Positions 1-9,085 of a DNA stretch of 64,000 bases are shown one piece after another. The notes under the pieces were generated by a model, which was not told where the DNA came from, did not search any database, and worked only from the letters and a program-made list of their open reading frames with translations. A program made the position numbers and the translations under genes. Positions within the stretch are counted from its first letter, which is position 1. The number at the start of each line of letters is the position of its first letter. Source of the stretch: Candidatus Bathyarchaeota archaeon (lineage in GTDB: Archaea > Thermoproteota > Bathyarchaeia > Bathyarchaeales > Bathycorpusculaceae); the NCBI GenBank assembly GCA_963828195.1, contig CAWHDT010000003.1, positions 192,001 to 256,000 of the forward strand. Direction: 5' to 3'.

Positions 1-451
1 CACAGTAACCAAATATCAGCAGGGCGGATCAGGCTACATAACTGTGCTGCAGACAATTCCAGCTCAAGTGGGAAAAACATACACGCTGCAGTTCTACTAC
101 AAATCAACCATGACAGTTTACCCACACATATTCTGCTTCGGCTCCTCGTGGAATACAATCGAAATGTTCAGCGGAAAAGCCTTACCCCCGACAAACACAT
201 GGACTCTGGTAACGATGACTTTCGGATCAATTCCCTCAGGCACCTCAATCACACAAATACACTTTGACGTCGCTTCAACCGGAACCTTCAAAGTAGACAA
301 CGTCACCGCAGTTGATCCACCTTCAACTCCATCATCAGCGACAACATCAACACTAACGCCACAACCTGCGTTGTTCGCATCTTCACCAATTCGTCAGTTC
401 CTGACTTCCCAGTGGGAACATGCACTTTTGCGCGCTGTTGCTTTCATTTAA
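1..451 (+). CDS. C-terminal part of a secreted protein with a carbohydrate-binding (CBM4/9-like) domain; 5' end probably outside the window
   Basis: The ...GKTYTLQFYYKS...WTLVTMTF...FKVDNV pattern is typical of CBM jelly-roll domains. It is followed by a Ser/Thr/Pro linker, and a poly-T tract lies after the stop. Confidence 0.5.
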   Translation, partial: TVTKYQQGGSGYITVLQTIPAQVGKTYTLQFYYKSTMTVYPHIFCFGSSWNTIEMFSGKALPPTNTWTLVTMTFGSIPSGTSITQIHFDVASTGTFKVDNVTAVDPPSTPSSATTSTLTPQPALFASSPIRQFLTSQWEHALLRAVAFI

Positions 452-637
452 AACTAAAAACCCTTTTTTATTTTTTTTTACTTTTTAAACTTGCCCGCGT
501 CCATCTTGCCTAGTCATCATGTTTGAAGCAAGGGTTTTAGCATTAACCCCTATGTTTCTTATAGAAGCGTTTGTTGTAGGCTTGGTACAGTCACAACTTT
601 TAATGAGCGCCCAACAGCCCTAATTTATTGAGGTTAA

Positions 638-1219
638 ATGATGAAGATCGCTATTATCGGAAAAGGCAACGTCGGCAGTGCATTAGGCAGAGGCTTAAGC
701 GGCAAGCACGACGTAAAATTTGGTCACCGCGACCCAGCCGAGCCAGTTGCTGCCGCAGCTAAATGGGGAGAAATAATAATACTTGCTGTACCGCACGATA
801 ACGCAAATGAAGCTCGAGAAGAGATAAAGCCGTATGCCGACGGAAAAATAGTGATTGACGCAATGAATGCAATTGGCGCAGACAGTGAGTTAGGCATAAG
901 CTGCACTACATCGACAGCGGAGGAAACACAGAAAACGCTGCCGAAAGCGCGCGTAGTTAAAGCATTCAACACCGTTTTTGCGCAGAACCAAAGCACGGGC
1001 AAAGTTGGCAAAGAACAGATAACCGCTTTCATTGCTGGAGACGACTTGAAAGCCAAGCAGACTGTCGCCCAGCTTTCACGGGACATCGGTTTTGACCCAG
1101 TTGACTGCGGACCATTAAAGACTGCGCGGTACCTGGAAGCGATGGCAATAATGATAATCAACTTAGCCTACATGTATGGAATGGGACCGAAAATAGGATA
1201 CAAACTGGTAAAAACCTAA
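638..1219 (+). CDS. NADPH-dependent F420 reductase family oxidoreductase
   Basis: GxGxxG Rossmann motif (IIGKGNVG) plus VVKAFNT and ARYLE motifs; GAGGT RBS upstream. Confidence 0.85.
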   Translation: MMKIAIIGKGNVGSALGRGLSGKHDVKFGHRDPAEPVAAAAKWGEIIILAVPHDNANEAREEIKPYADGKIVIDAMNAIGADSELGISCTTSTAEETQKTLPKARVVKAFNTVFAQNQSTGKVGKEQITAFIAGDDLKAKQTVAQLSRDIGFDPVDCGPLKTARYLEAMAIMIINLAYMYGMGPKIGYKLVKT

Positions 1220-1246
1220 GGTTAAAATTATTCTTATAAAATTTTG

Positions 1247-1285
1247 AAAGAACAACAACACCTGGAGAGCAACTGTTGTTCTTCT
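1247..1285. repeat. 39-bp imperfect palindromic repeat, copy 1
   Basis: AAAGAACAACAACACCTGGAGAGCAACTGTTGTTCTTCT matches 2501-2539 at 33 of 39 positions. Confidence 0.7.
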
Positions 1286-1385
1286 ACCAAACATGATCCA
1301 ACACACTAAACGTGGATGGTTGGTTGCGCATTTTCTATGCAGAACGAAGCATTTCAACATAGAAAATACAGCGGAGACTTTTAGC

Positions 1386-1490
1386 TCATTTGGATTTGCC
1401 GGCTTTCTTGGCGCATGCATCGCTGCAGTACTTCGACTTTGCATTAAACGTCGTGTAGGTTCTTTTGCAGACGGGGCATTTCTTATCCAT
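1386..1490 (-). CDS. 34-aa zinc-finger microprotein (not in the ORF track)
   Basis: Manual translation MDKKCPVCKRTYTTFNAKSKYCSDACAKKAGKSK* has CxxC...CSxxC; AGGAGG RBS just upstream. Confidence 0.75.
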   Translation of the reverse strand: MDKKCPVCKRTYTTFNAKSKYCSDACAKKAGKSK

Positions 1491-1591
1491 TTTAACCCTC
1501 CTGATCTTTTGAATATCTTGTTTTTATTGGCTAAAAACTTTTCTTAAGCAAACAAAATTTTGGGTAGATGAGCTGCAGGGCAACGGGTCGG

Positions 1592-2389
1592 TCAGGGCGG
1601 TAATACTGTTGCGTTGTTGGGGTAGCCTTCGCTTTCCCAGTATCCAAGGTAGCCTGTGTCGTTTGACACTTCAATTTCGGTAACCCATTTTATCCATTTG
1701 TACCCATATTGGTTTTGGGCTACAACCACAAACGGGAAGCCGGCGGCGGCTGGAAGAGTGACGTTGTTCATTTTGTAGGCTAAGATTATGTTGTTTTGCG
1801 AGATGTAATCCAGCGGCAGAGCGGTGGTGTAGCCGTCGGATGCGTGGAAGATAACAACGGTGGCTTGTGGGCTGACGCCTGAGGCTTGCAGCAGATCAGT
1901 TAATGAGACGCCTTGCCAAAGCATGGTGACGCTCCAGCCTTCCACGCAGGTCAAAGTGGCAACTTGCTGGTACGACGGAAAATTGTTGATTACGTCATTG
2001 TAGCTGTACGTCTCGGGATTGTTTACGAGTCCCGTGACGTTTAAGCTGTAAGTTGACTCGTTAATGACTTGTGTGCCGTCGATGGCGACGTCAGGATGCT
2101 GAACGATTTCTTCGAGAAAATCGGCGACCGATGTCAAGCTTTGCCCTTGATACTGGGTGACTTCGCCTGGGTAAAGAGAGGATGACGGCGACGATGTGGG
2201 AGTCACGGCGGGAGTGGGAGACGTTTCGGGTGTCGGTGTTGGGGAAATTTCGGTTGGGGTAGGTGAAGATGTAGGCGGCGGGGAAGGTTTAGAAATGCTC
2301 TGAACCACAAAAAACGACACAAGTATTATAACCACTAAAAATACAGCGACCAAAACTATCTTTATGTGTTTCTTGAGAACCTGCATCAC
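1592..2389 (-). CDS. Membrane-anchored molybdopterin-dependent oxidoreductase (sulfite oxidase/MsrP family)
   Basis: N-terminal TM helix, Pro/Thr linker, and the motifs LTCVEGWS, GFP and YGYKWIKW. Confidence 0.85.
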   Translation of the reverse strand: MMQVLKKHIKIVLVAVFLVVIILVSFFVVQSISKPSPPPTSSPTPTEISPTPTPETSPTPAVTPTSSPSSSLYPGEVTQYQGQSLTSVADFLEEIVQHPDVAIDGTQVINESTYSLNVTGLVNNPETYSYNDVINNFPSYQQVATLTCVEGWSVTMLWQGVSLTDLLQASGVSPQATVVIFHASDGYTTALPLDYISQNNIILAYKMNNVTLPAAAGFPFVVVAQNQYGYKWIKWVTEIEVSNDTGYLGYWESEGYPNNATVLPP

Positions 2390-2443
2390 AATAAAATAGT
2401 GAAGTTTAGCTTATTTATCTATGCAGCAGCAAACAAAAAATTA

Positions 2444-2539
2444 AAAGAAGAAGAAGCTTCAGAAAACAATTTTTCTTCTTCTTCCATGTGCACTTTTTCA
2501 AAAGAACAACAACAACTCAGAAGCAACTGTTGTTTTTCT
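2444..2539. repeat. Two further copies of the 39-bp palindromic repeat (2444-2482 divergent; 2501-2539)
   Basis: Same length and layout as 1247-1285. The 2444 copy has AAGAAG/CTTCTT arms in place of AACAAC/GTTGTT. Confidence 0.6.
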
Positions 2540-2618
2540 TAGTTGTTAAATTGTTTGTTTCGGCGCGTTTTAGAAAGTTTTAAATGGCTGATTATCCCAC
2601 TTGGTATTGTGGGAAAAG

Positions 2619-2864
2619 ATGGAGCAGGTTGTTAAAGTCGATTCAAAAGGCAGAATCTGCATTCCAGCAGAAATAAGAGAAGAAATCGGAGACACCGCAA
2701 CCATAAAAAAAACCTCTGAAGGCTACCTAATAATTCCCGGAAAACGCCAAGATGCGCACGAGAAATTGCTTAAGATTATTAATTCAAAGCATCAGCGAAC
2801 AGGCAAACCTGAGAATTGGTCACCCGAAAAAATGAAATCTATCTGGAACAAGACTGAAGAATGA
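2619..2864 (+). CDS. AbrB/MazE/SpoVT-family antitoxin (VapB)
   Basis: KVDSKGRICIPAEIRE motif; lies upstream of a PIN toxin. ATG at 2619 is preferred over TTG at 2601. Confidence 0.85.
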   Translation: MEQVVKVDSKGRICIPAEIREEIGDTATIKKTSEGYLIIPGKRQDAHEKLLKIINSKHQRTGKPENWSPEKMKSIWNKTEE

Positions 2865-2987
2865 GCAATTCCGAAAATTTCCTTCTGGAGTTCAAAAAAC
2901 TGATTACATCTGAACCGAAGCGCAAAGGTAAACCTAAGCTTGCTAGCCCAGAAAGAAATGAAGTCTGTGTGGAGAACAGTTAAGTGA
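2861..2987 (+). pseudogene. Duplicated antitoxin C-terminal module with a 1-nt frameshift
   Basis: ATGA overlap with the antitoxin stop. It reads MSNSENFLLEFKKLITSEPKRKGKPKLASPE, then EMKSVWRTVK* in the +1 frame, paralleling KIINSKHQRTGKPENWSPEKMKSIW. Confidence 0.6.
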
Positions 2988-3418
2988 TAATGGGCTTAGA
3001 CGCTAACGTGCTCTGCTACGTTCTGGATGAAGCGTATCCTGAGCACGAAAAAGTGAAATGGGTGCTAGTCCTATCAGCGGGGGATAAAATTGCACTTAAC
3101 CCCACCACAATACATGAAACATACCACACACTTGTTTTTAGCCAAAAATGGATGCCGCAAGAAGCTGCAGACGCATTAAAAACATTTTTAGAAGACCCCA
3201 CCTCCGTGTTTTTCAACCAAACAAGAAAAACCAGCATCATAGCCCTTAACTTGTCAGTAAAGCATAACCTCGGCGGCAGAGACGCCCTCATAGCAGCCAA
3301 CTTCCTATCAAACCAAACACCCATAATGCTCACCCACGACAAAGCCCTCCTAAAAATACAGAAAATAACTTGGAAAAACACCAGTTTAAATTTTAAAGAT
3401 CCATTGACCGAAGGCTAA
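2984..3418 (+). CDS. PIN-domain (VapC) toxin
   Basis: LDANVL, ETYH, RDALIAA and LTHDKAL supply the acidic PIN tetrad. Confidence 0.88.
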   Translation: MIMGLDANVLCYVLDEAYPEHEKVKWVLVLSAGDKIALNPTTIHETYHTLVFSQKWMPQEAADALKTFLEDPTSVFFNQTRKTSIIALNLSVKHNLGGRDALIAANFLSNQTPIMLTHDKALLKIQKITWKNTSLNFKDPLTEG

Positions 3419-3495
3419 TGGGCACCTTTGCCTTGCTGTCTTTGCTTTTGCAAAAGCTTGGCCTCCAATTAAATTTAGCTGAGTTTTCTTAGCCA

Positions 3496-3600
3496 CGAAT
3501 CTTTTTGACCCGTTATTCAAGCCCTCGAGTATTTTAGCATCTCATCGATTATACGCAGTGCTATTTCCATAGGTCTTTAAATTCGCCATTTTCAAGTCAC
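3496..3600 (-). repeat. Decayed copy of the ~105-bp segment at 4935-5043 (frameshifted micro-ORF)
   Basis: TTGACCCGTTATTCAA...GTATTTTAGCAT...CGCAGTGC...ATTTCCATAGG...GCCATTTTCAAG is shared, with small deletions in this copy. Confidence 0.8.
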
Positions 3601-3766
3601 GCCTCTCCTTTGTTTTCCTTTACGCTGCTATAATGGTTCTGATAAGAAAAGATAATTTTGGGTATTAGAAAAAACTGTTTACAAACGATATAATTTTGTA
3701 TCGGTAAGCCTTGGAATCTGACATAACCGATATATTGAAATATCGGATTTAGCTTTAATAGCTGCC

Positions 3767-4699
3767 ATGAATTTGCTCGATGAAAGAATACACGAAAGAA
3801 TAATTGCTAAAAAGATTCGATTAGACAGTTATAGACCTCTTTCCGAAAGCTTAGTGCGAAAACTGCACGAAAACATGGAAATTGCCTATACCTATAACTC
3901 AAACGCCATTGAAGGCAATACTCTGACTTTACAAGAAACCAAGCTAGTAATTAGAGAAGGGATTACAGTAAACGGAAAAAGCCTCAGCGAGCACCTCGAA
4001 GCTGTTAATCACCCAAAAGCCATCGCTTATATCGAAGGCTTGATAAAGAACAAAATAGAGGAAAAAAACATTCTTGAGCTACACAATATCCTTTTTTCTG
4101 GTTTTTGCGAGAATGCTGGAAATTATCGGAACTGTCAGGTTTACATTGAAGGCCGGGACTTCATGCCTCCTCCAGCATTTGAAGTGCCCGAATTAATGAC
4201 GGCTTTAATCGAATGGTTGGACAAGAATCCAGAAGAATTAAGGCCCATAGAGTTGGCAGCTATCTTTCACCATAAACTTGTATTCATCCATCCCTTTGAT
4301 GATGGAAATGGGCGGATAGGCAGATTAGTAATGAATCTTGTACTGATAAAAAATGGGTATCCCTTAACTGTCATTAAGCAGGTTGACAGACGAAGATACT
4401 ATGACAGTCTCATAAAAGCTGACAACGGCGACCAAAAACCTATAGTAAATTTCGTCGCTCGCTGTGTTGAACAATCGCTAAACATCTACCTGAGCTCTGT
4501 TGAACCAAGTGAACCCAAGAATAAGCTTCTGAGTCTGGCAGAAGCATCAAAATTAAGTCCATATAGCCAGGAATATCTAAGTCTGCTTGCTCGCCGAGGC
4601 CTCATTGGGGCCATTAAAATAGGCAGAAATTGGCAAATTAGCCAAAATGCATTAGAAGAATACTTATCCGACTTGTCAAAGACTAAAGCTAAGCGATAG
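3767..4699 (+). CDS. Fic-domain protein (class II) with C-terminal helix-turn-helix
   Basis: Canonical HPFDDGNGRIGR Fic motif and N-terminal inhibitory SNAIEGN. The C-terminal LSLAEAS...KIGRNW segment resembles an excisionase-like HTH. Confidence 0.92.
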   Translation: MNLLDERIHERIIAKKIRLDSYRPLSESLVRKLHENMEIAYTYNSNAIEGNTLTLQETKLVIREGITVNGKSLSEHLEAVNHPKAIAYIEGLIKNKIEEKNILELHNILFSGFCENAGNYRNCQVYIEGRDFMPPPAFEVPELMTALIEWLDKNPEELRPIELAAIFHHKLVFIHPFDDGNGRIGRLVMNLVLIKNGYPLTVIKQVDRRRYYDSLIKADNGDQKPIVNFVARCVEQSLNIYLSSVEPSEPKNKLLSLAEASKLSPYSQEYLSLLARRGLIGAIKIGRNWQISQNALEEYLSDLSKTKAKR

Positions 4700-4927
4700 C
4701 ACGTTGGGGAAATTTGAGCCTAATCTTGAGGATTGAAAAATCTATAACGGGTTTTTACGAAGACGTCTTTATTGAATCTAAATGACTAGAAGGGCTTAAG
4801 AGGAGACCTATGAAGAAACTTCAGCCTATCAGTCAAGCAAAACCTCGGCGGCAAAGTTCAATGAATATGCGAGCAGGCTACCAAGTTACTCTTGAGTTAC
4901 AACAGTTACAGAAGTTAAAAGTTCAAG

Positions 4928-5032
4928 TTAGGCGCGAATTTTTTTTGACCCGTTATTCAAACCCTTCAGTATTTTAGCATCCTCATCAATTATGCGCAGT
5001 GCAATTTCCATAGGGTCTTTACAATTAGCCAT
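4928..5032 (-). CDS. 34-aa microprotein (not in the ORF track)
   Basis: MANCKDPMEIALRIIDEDAKILKGLNNGSKKIRA* starts 2 nt after the stop of 5035-5259; a frameshifted paralogue lies at 3496-3600. Confidence 0.5.
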   Translation of the reverse strand: MANCKDPMEIALRIIDEDAKILKGLNNGSKKIRA

Positions 5033-5034
5033 TT

Positions 5035-5259
5035 TCAAGCCACTGGCGCCAAATAGTTCACCGGAGGTTCCGCGCATATTTGAACAATCAGAACTTCCGC
5101 GTTACCGAAACGTTTCAGAGCCTCTCTATGGGCATCTTCAAAACTTGCAAAAAATCCCCTGTTAGCCTGATCTTTAATCAATACAAATTCGCCGCTATGT
5201 TTCTTTGCAAGTTCTTTCTCAATCCTATGATAATGCTCAACATCTTCTTCAAACGGCAT
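5035..5259 (-). CDS. Small DUF5678-like protein
   Basis: ELAKKHSGEFVLIKD...FEDAHREALKRFG pattern. Confidence 0.6.
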   Translation of the reverse strand: MPFEEDVEHYHRIEKELAKKHSGEFVLIKDQANRGFFASFEDAHREALKRFGNAEVLIVQICAEPPVNYLAPVA

Positions 5260-5342
5260 AACATTTCACACTAAGAAACTCATTACCTAACTTTCTTACA
5301 AATCTTGCGCCTAACATACTGAGACGTTATTTTGATATAACT

Positions 5343-6155
5343 TCAGGCAAAATTGTATTTTTTACTTACAAACCACATGAAGCCATCAACGGTTGTCAAA
5401 TCACTATGAGTTTCCTGCGCTATGTCGTTAAGGATTTTGTTAACTCTCTTATAACTCTCCCCAAAATCATCGCTTGGGAAAGTCGATCGATGCAACTTCT
5501 TCAACGTATCTACCGTTCGGCTATTCCAAACACCATATTTTTCATTGTTAAATGTATGCAGCAACGCTGTGACTATTCCTTGACCAATCCCTGTAACCTT
5601 TACAGCCCCCTGCAATGCACTACCAACTCTCTTCCCAATTTCGATGTTCTCATTCTGTAAAGTGATAAGTAGTTTAGCTATACTTTGAGGATGCTCAATG
5701 GCATTAGTGGCTGCCCGCTCTAACATAGTCCACGAAAAGTTATTCCTAAAATGAAGCCAACTCTCAAAATTGCGCTGAAGAGCCTTAAGATTGTTCAATC
5801 TTTCAGGAGCAAACTTGTATCTGTATTCAACATATACTTCTTTACGTCTTTTGACCCATAGCTCAACACTCGAAAATGTTCTTCCTGCACTAATTTCTAT
5901 CGGGTTATTCAAATAAACTGGCCAGAGTTTTTCAACATATGCCGATGAAGGCGGCAAATTTTCACGTTTCTCTCCTTCATTAATATCTGGGTCGTCGATG
6001 TAGACTTTTTCTAGAAAGCCGCCGCAACTAGCCTCTGAACAAAACATTTTTCGGTTGTTTGCTTCTGGCGCTACTTCTTGCAAGCATTTAGAGCATCTAT
6101 ACTTTATCATATGCAACACTTCAGCAATTGGCTGGCTTTTATTGAACGTTTGCAA
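5343..6155 (-). CDS. Hypothetical protein: N-terminal Zn ribbon plus a helical (HhH-like) domain seen in defence/nuclease-associated proteins
   Basis: CSKC...CSEASC; GIGQGIVTALLH...KYGVWNSRT...VDGFMW. Confidence 0.5.
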   Translation of the reverse strand: MQTFNKSQPIAEVLHMIKYRCSKCLQEVAPEANNRKMFCSEASCGGFLEKVYIDDPDINEGEKRENLPPSSAYVEKLWPVYLNNPIEISAGRTFSSVELWVKRRKEVYVEYRYKFAPERLNNLKALQRNFESWLHFRNNFSWTMLERAATNAIEHPQSIAKLLITLQNENIEIGKRVGSALQGAVKVTGIGQGIVTALLHTFNNEKYGVWNSRTVDTLKKLHRSTFPSDDFGESYKRVNKILNDIAQETHSDLTTVDGFMWFVSKKYNFA

Positions 6156-6209
6156 ATATTGGCTTTGCGGTAATTAGGCGCTTTTGATAGTTGGGATAGC
6201 CAATTTACG

Positions 6210-7514
6210 CTATCTGACTTTTTTTCTTTTCTTTTTCACCGCTAAGGGTATCATTTCTTCTAATTGTGCATTCTCGGACAAGTCACTTTCTTCTTTGTCT
6301 TTTGCTAGTTCTTGCATTGGAAGTGAATCCTGAATAATGCAGTCCATGCCATTTGAGATTCCTGAATACGCATTGTTCAACTGAACTTGCAGGTTCTTTC
6401 TCTCTTTCCAAAGTCTCCCATGAGCTTTTTCTTCCGAATCTTGCAAATCTGACATTTTTTGATAAACTTGATGAAGCTTTTCTAATAACCCTGAGAATTC
6501 TTGGCTTCTTATATAGTCATACAACTTGGCTTCTTTACCTTCCCGGTCCTTCCGACTTTCTGACTGCTTAGAAATCTCAATCATTGATCTTCGTATTTGT
6601 TTTACAACATCTATAACTATACATGGGTGGCAGAGTAAAATTCCTTCTTTCTCTCCAAAAAACCCGTTTTTAATATCTTTCTTGGGTAAGTTATTTGAAA
6701 CAATGATGACATAATCTGTTGCATGAATATCTTTGTATTTCTTCGCTTTTTCTAAGTCTTTACTAGTGACACTTTCTGCCTGTTTGTTATCATAAACTAT
6801 TGGCATCTCAATCGTTTTTGTGGCAGTTCTAATCTGCTGTATAATGTCCCCCATTGATGTGCCTCGCTTCTGACGTTTGAAAAAGTCTTGTTGGAACTCC
6901 TGAGTAAGATTAGCGTATAAGTCAATTTCTCCAGCTTCACCTTTCAACTCTGACTGACTCTGTTGTAACTGCTTCTTAAGGTCTTCAATATCACGTTGAA
7001 AACGTCCCAATTGGATATCCCGCTCTTTAACATCATTTCTTAAACCTGAAATTTCAACGTCGGCTTTGGACTTGCCTTCATCAAAAGCAAGCTTTTTTAA
7101 ACGCGCTTGCTCTTTTATCAAAATCTTAAGTTGTTTTTCTTTTTCTTGAAGAGCTTTTTTTCCTTCAACCTTAAGTTTATTCTCTATAATGGTGAATTGC
7201 TTTTGGTTGTCTTTGTTCATTTTTTCATAATTTCTTTTTAGCTCGCCAATCTGAGTTTTGTATAAGTCCTCCATTTCTCTTCGTAGTGTTTTTTTATTCT
7301 CTTCAAACGTTGCCTTTAGGTCTGCAACTTCTTTCTTGTTACCTTGGTTAGCATTCAGAAGTTTCGTTTCGTAGTCCTCTTTGCACTTTCTGTAATCCTC
7401 ACCGTACGTTTCTGAAACCTTTTTTTTGAGGTCTTCAAGTGCTTGTTTATAGTCAGAGTTGGTTAGAGTAGAGTGGCATAAGGGGCATTTGAATTCTGTT
7501 GATTCAGTAGACAC
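6210..7514 (-). CDS. DUF2130-like coiled-coil protein with C-terminal nuclease-like domain
   Basis: N-terminal CPLC, long coiled coil, KGEAGE, GDIIQ and IVYDNK motifs. Confidence 0.7.
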   Translation of the reverse strand: MSTESTEFKCPLCHSTLTNSDYKQALEDLKKKVSETYGEDYRKCKEDYETKLLNANQGNKKEVADLKATFEENKKTLRREMEDLYKTQIGELKRNYEKMNKDNQKQFTIIENKLKVEGKKALQEKEKQLKILIKEQARLKKLAFDEGKSKADVEISGLRNDVKERDIQLGRFQRDIEDLKKQLQQSQSELKGEAGEIDLYANLTQEFQQDFFKRQKRGTSMGDIIQQIRTATKTIEMPIVYDNKQAESVTSKDLEKAKKYKDIHATDYVIIVSNNLPKKDIKNGFFGEKEGILLCHPCIVIDVVKQIRRSMIEISKQSESRKDREGKEAKLYDYIRSQEFSGLLEKLHQVYQKMSDLQDSEEKAHGRLWKERKNLQVQLNNAYSGISNGMDCIIQDSLPMQELAKDKEESDLSENAQLEEMIPLAVKKKRKKVR

Positions 7515-7769
7515 GATAAATTCCCTTTACGAAATGGAGTTGTTTTATTTGGCAAATAAGCTTTGTGAATTCAGGAGATAGTCAAAAAAAGCTTGAAACA
7601 ATGGCTGAATAGCAGTTTTAAAGGCAAAGAAGAGAATAAACTAAGGCAAAAGTGACGTTGCCATATCAGCGAATACCCTTGAATAAGTCTATGTTCTGTC
7701 TTGTTGGTTCGTGTTGTTTATATATTGGAATATTGACTATGGATGTGCAAAAGAAGGAATATCTTAGAT

Positions 7770-8210
7770 ATGGGTTCCAAGTCACCAAGAGGCGAATTTG
7801 CCGCAAGGCAACTAGCGAAGAAACGGAAGAATTTCCGTTGGTCTGATCGTTACTTTAACAGACGTATGCTTAGACTAGATGAGAAAGTTGACCCGATGCA
7901 GGGTGCACCCCAATCGCGGGGTATCGTGCTGGAAAAAGTCGGGGTTGAATCAAAACAGCCCAACAGCGCCATCCGCAAATGCGTCCGCACACAACTCATC
8001 AAAAACGGCAGAGTCATCACCGCTTTCCTCCCCGGAGACGGCGCACTCAACGTTGTTGACGAACACGACGAAGTAGTTGTGGAGGGCATCGGCGGCACCA
8101 GAGGCGGCGCAATGGGAGACATCCCCGGAGTCCGCTGGAAAGTCGTCATGATTAACGGCGTCTCACTAAACGAGCTCGTTTACGGGCGCAAACAGAAACC
8201 GGCAAGGTAA
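7770..8210 (+). CDS. rps12: 30S ribosomal protein S12 (uS12)
   Basis: [10 protein letters not shown] and GDIPGVRW motifs; start MGSKSPRG at 7770. Confidence 0.97.
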   Translation: MGSKSPRGEFAARQLAKKRKNFRWSDRYFNRRMLRLDEKVDPMQGAPQSRGIVLEKVGVESKQPNSAIRKCVRTQLIKNGRVITAFLPGDGALNVVDEHDEVVVEGIGGTRGGAMGDIPGVRWKVVMINGVSLNELVYGRKQKPAR

Positions 8211-8215
8211 TAGTT

Positions 8216-8806
8216 ATGAGCACAACAACATTAGCCCAACCGCAAGACATCAAACTTTTCCAAAAATGGACCTTCAAAGACATAGCAGTCGTAGACATCG
8301 GCTTGCAGCGCTACCTCAACTTAACCCCGATGGTTGCACCCCACAGCATGGGACGCCATGAGCACCAGCGATTCCGAAAAGCCAAACTCAACGTTGTGGA
8401 ACGCTTAATCAACAGTTTAATGCGCAGCGGCAAAAACGCAGGCAAAAAAGCCAAAACAACCAACATCGTTAAGGAAGCATTCGAAATAATCTATTTACGC
8501 ACGGGCAAAAACCCAATAGAAATTTTGGTTAAAGCAGTCGAAAACGCTTCACCATGCGAAGACACCACAAGGGTCAGCTACGGCGGAGTCGTATACCACC
8601 TATCCGTTAACGTAGCGCCGCAACGCAGAATCGACCTGGCAATACGCCACATCAGCGAAGGCGCAAGAGCCTCAAGCAAAAACAACCCGCGGAGCATACA
8701 AGAAACCCTCGCAGACGAACTGGTATTGGCAGCGGCAAAAGACATCAAAAGCGCAGGCATCGCCAAACGCAACGAAATCGAACGCGTCGCACAGTCAAGC
8801 AGATAA
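8216..8806 (+). CDS. rps7: 30S ribosomal protein S7 (uS7)
   Basis: GRHEHQRF, VERLIN and ERVAQSSR motifs; directly follows rps12. Confidence 0.97.
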   Translation: MSTTTLAQPQDIKLFQKWTFKDIAVVDIGLQRYLNLTPMVAPHSMGRHEHQRFRKAKLNVVERLINSLMRSGKNAGKKAKTTNIVKEAFEIIYLRTGKNPIEILVKAVENASPCEDTTRVSYGGVVYHLSVNVAPQRRIDLAIRHISEGARASSKNNPRSIQETLADELVLAAAKDIKSAGIAKRNEIERVAQSSR

Positions 8807-9085
8807 AACATCTTTTTCCATTATCTGGAAATTTCCGCGGGGAATTTTTTGAACCGCAATGAATCTTAAAGTAGCGGAAGCTGGGATTAAGCAGAGGTAT
8901 GCCTAACCTGTGCAGTAAGCAATCTTCTTTCAAAGAGAATCACCCTAAAAACGCCAATTACCCTTAAAAAAGCGCTCAAACCATTTTCAGCAGATTTCTG
9001 CAATTGAAAAGGCTCGTATTTGGGGGGAAATTTGAAAAAACTTTAATAACTATTTAAGACAAGAACTCTTTCTCACAGAGCATTA

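Noticed and set aside
4810-4977. Short plus-strand ORF with GAGGAG RBS after fic
   Set aside because: It has no recognisable features and overlaps the minus-strand microgene and repeat; too weak to call.
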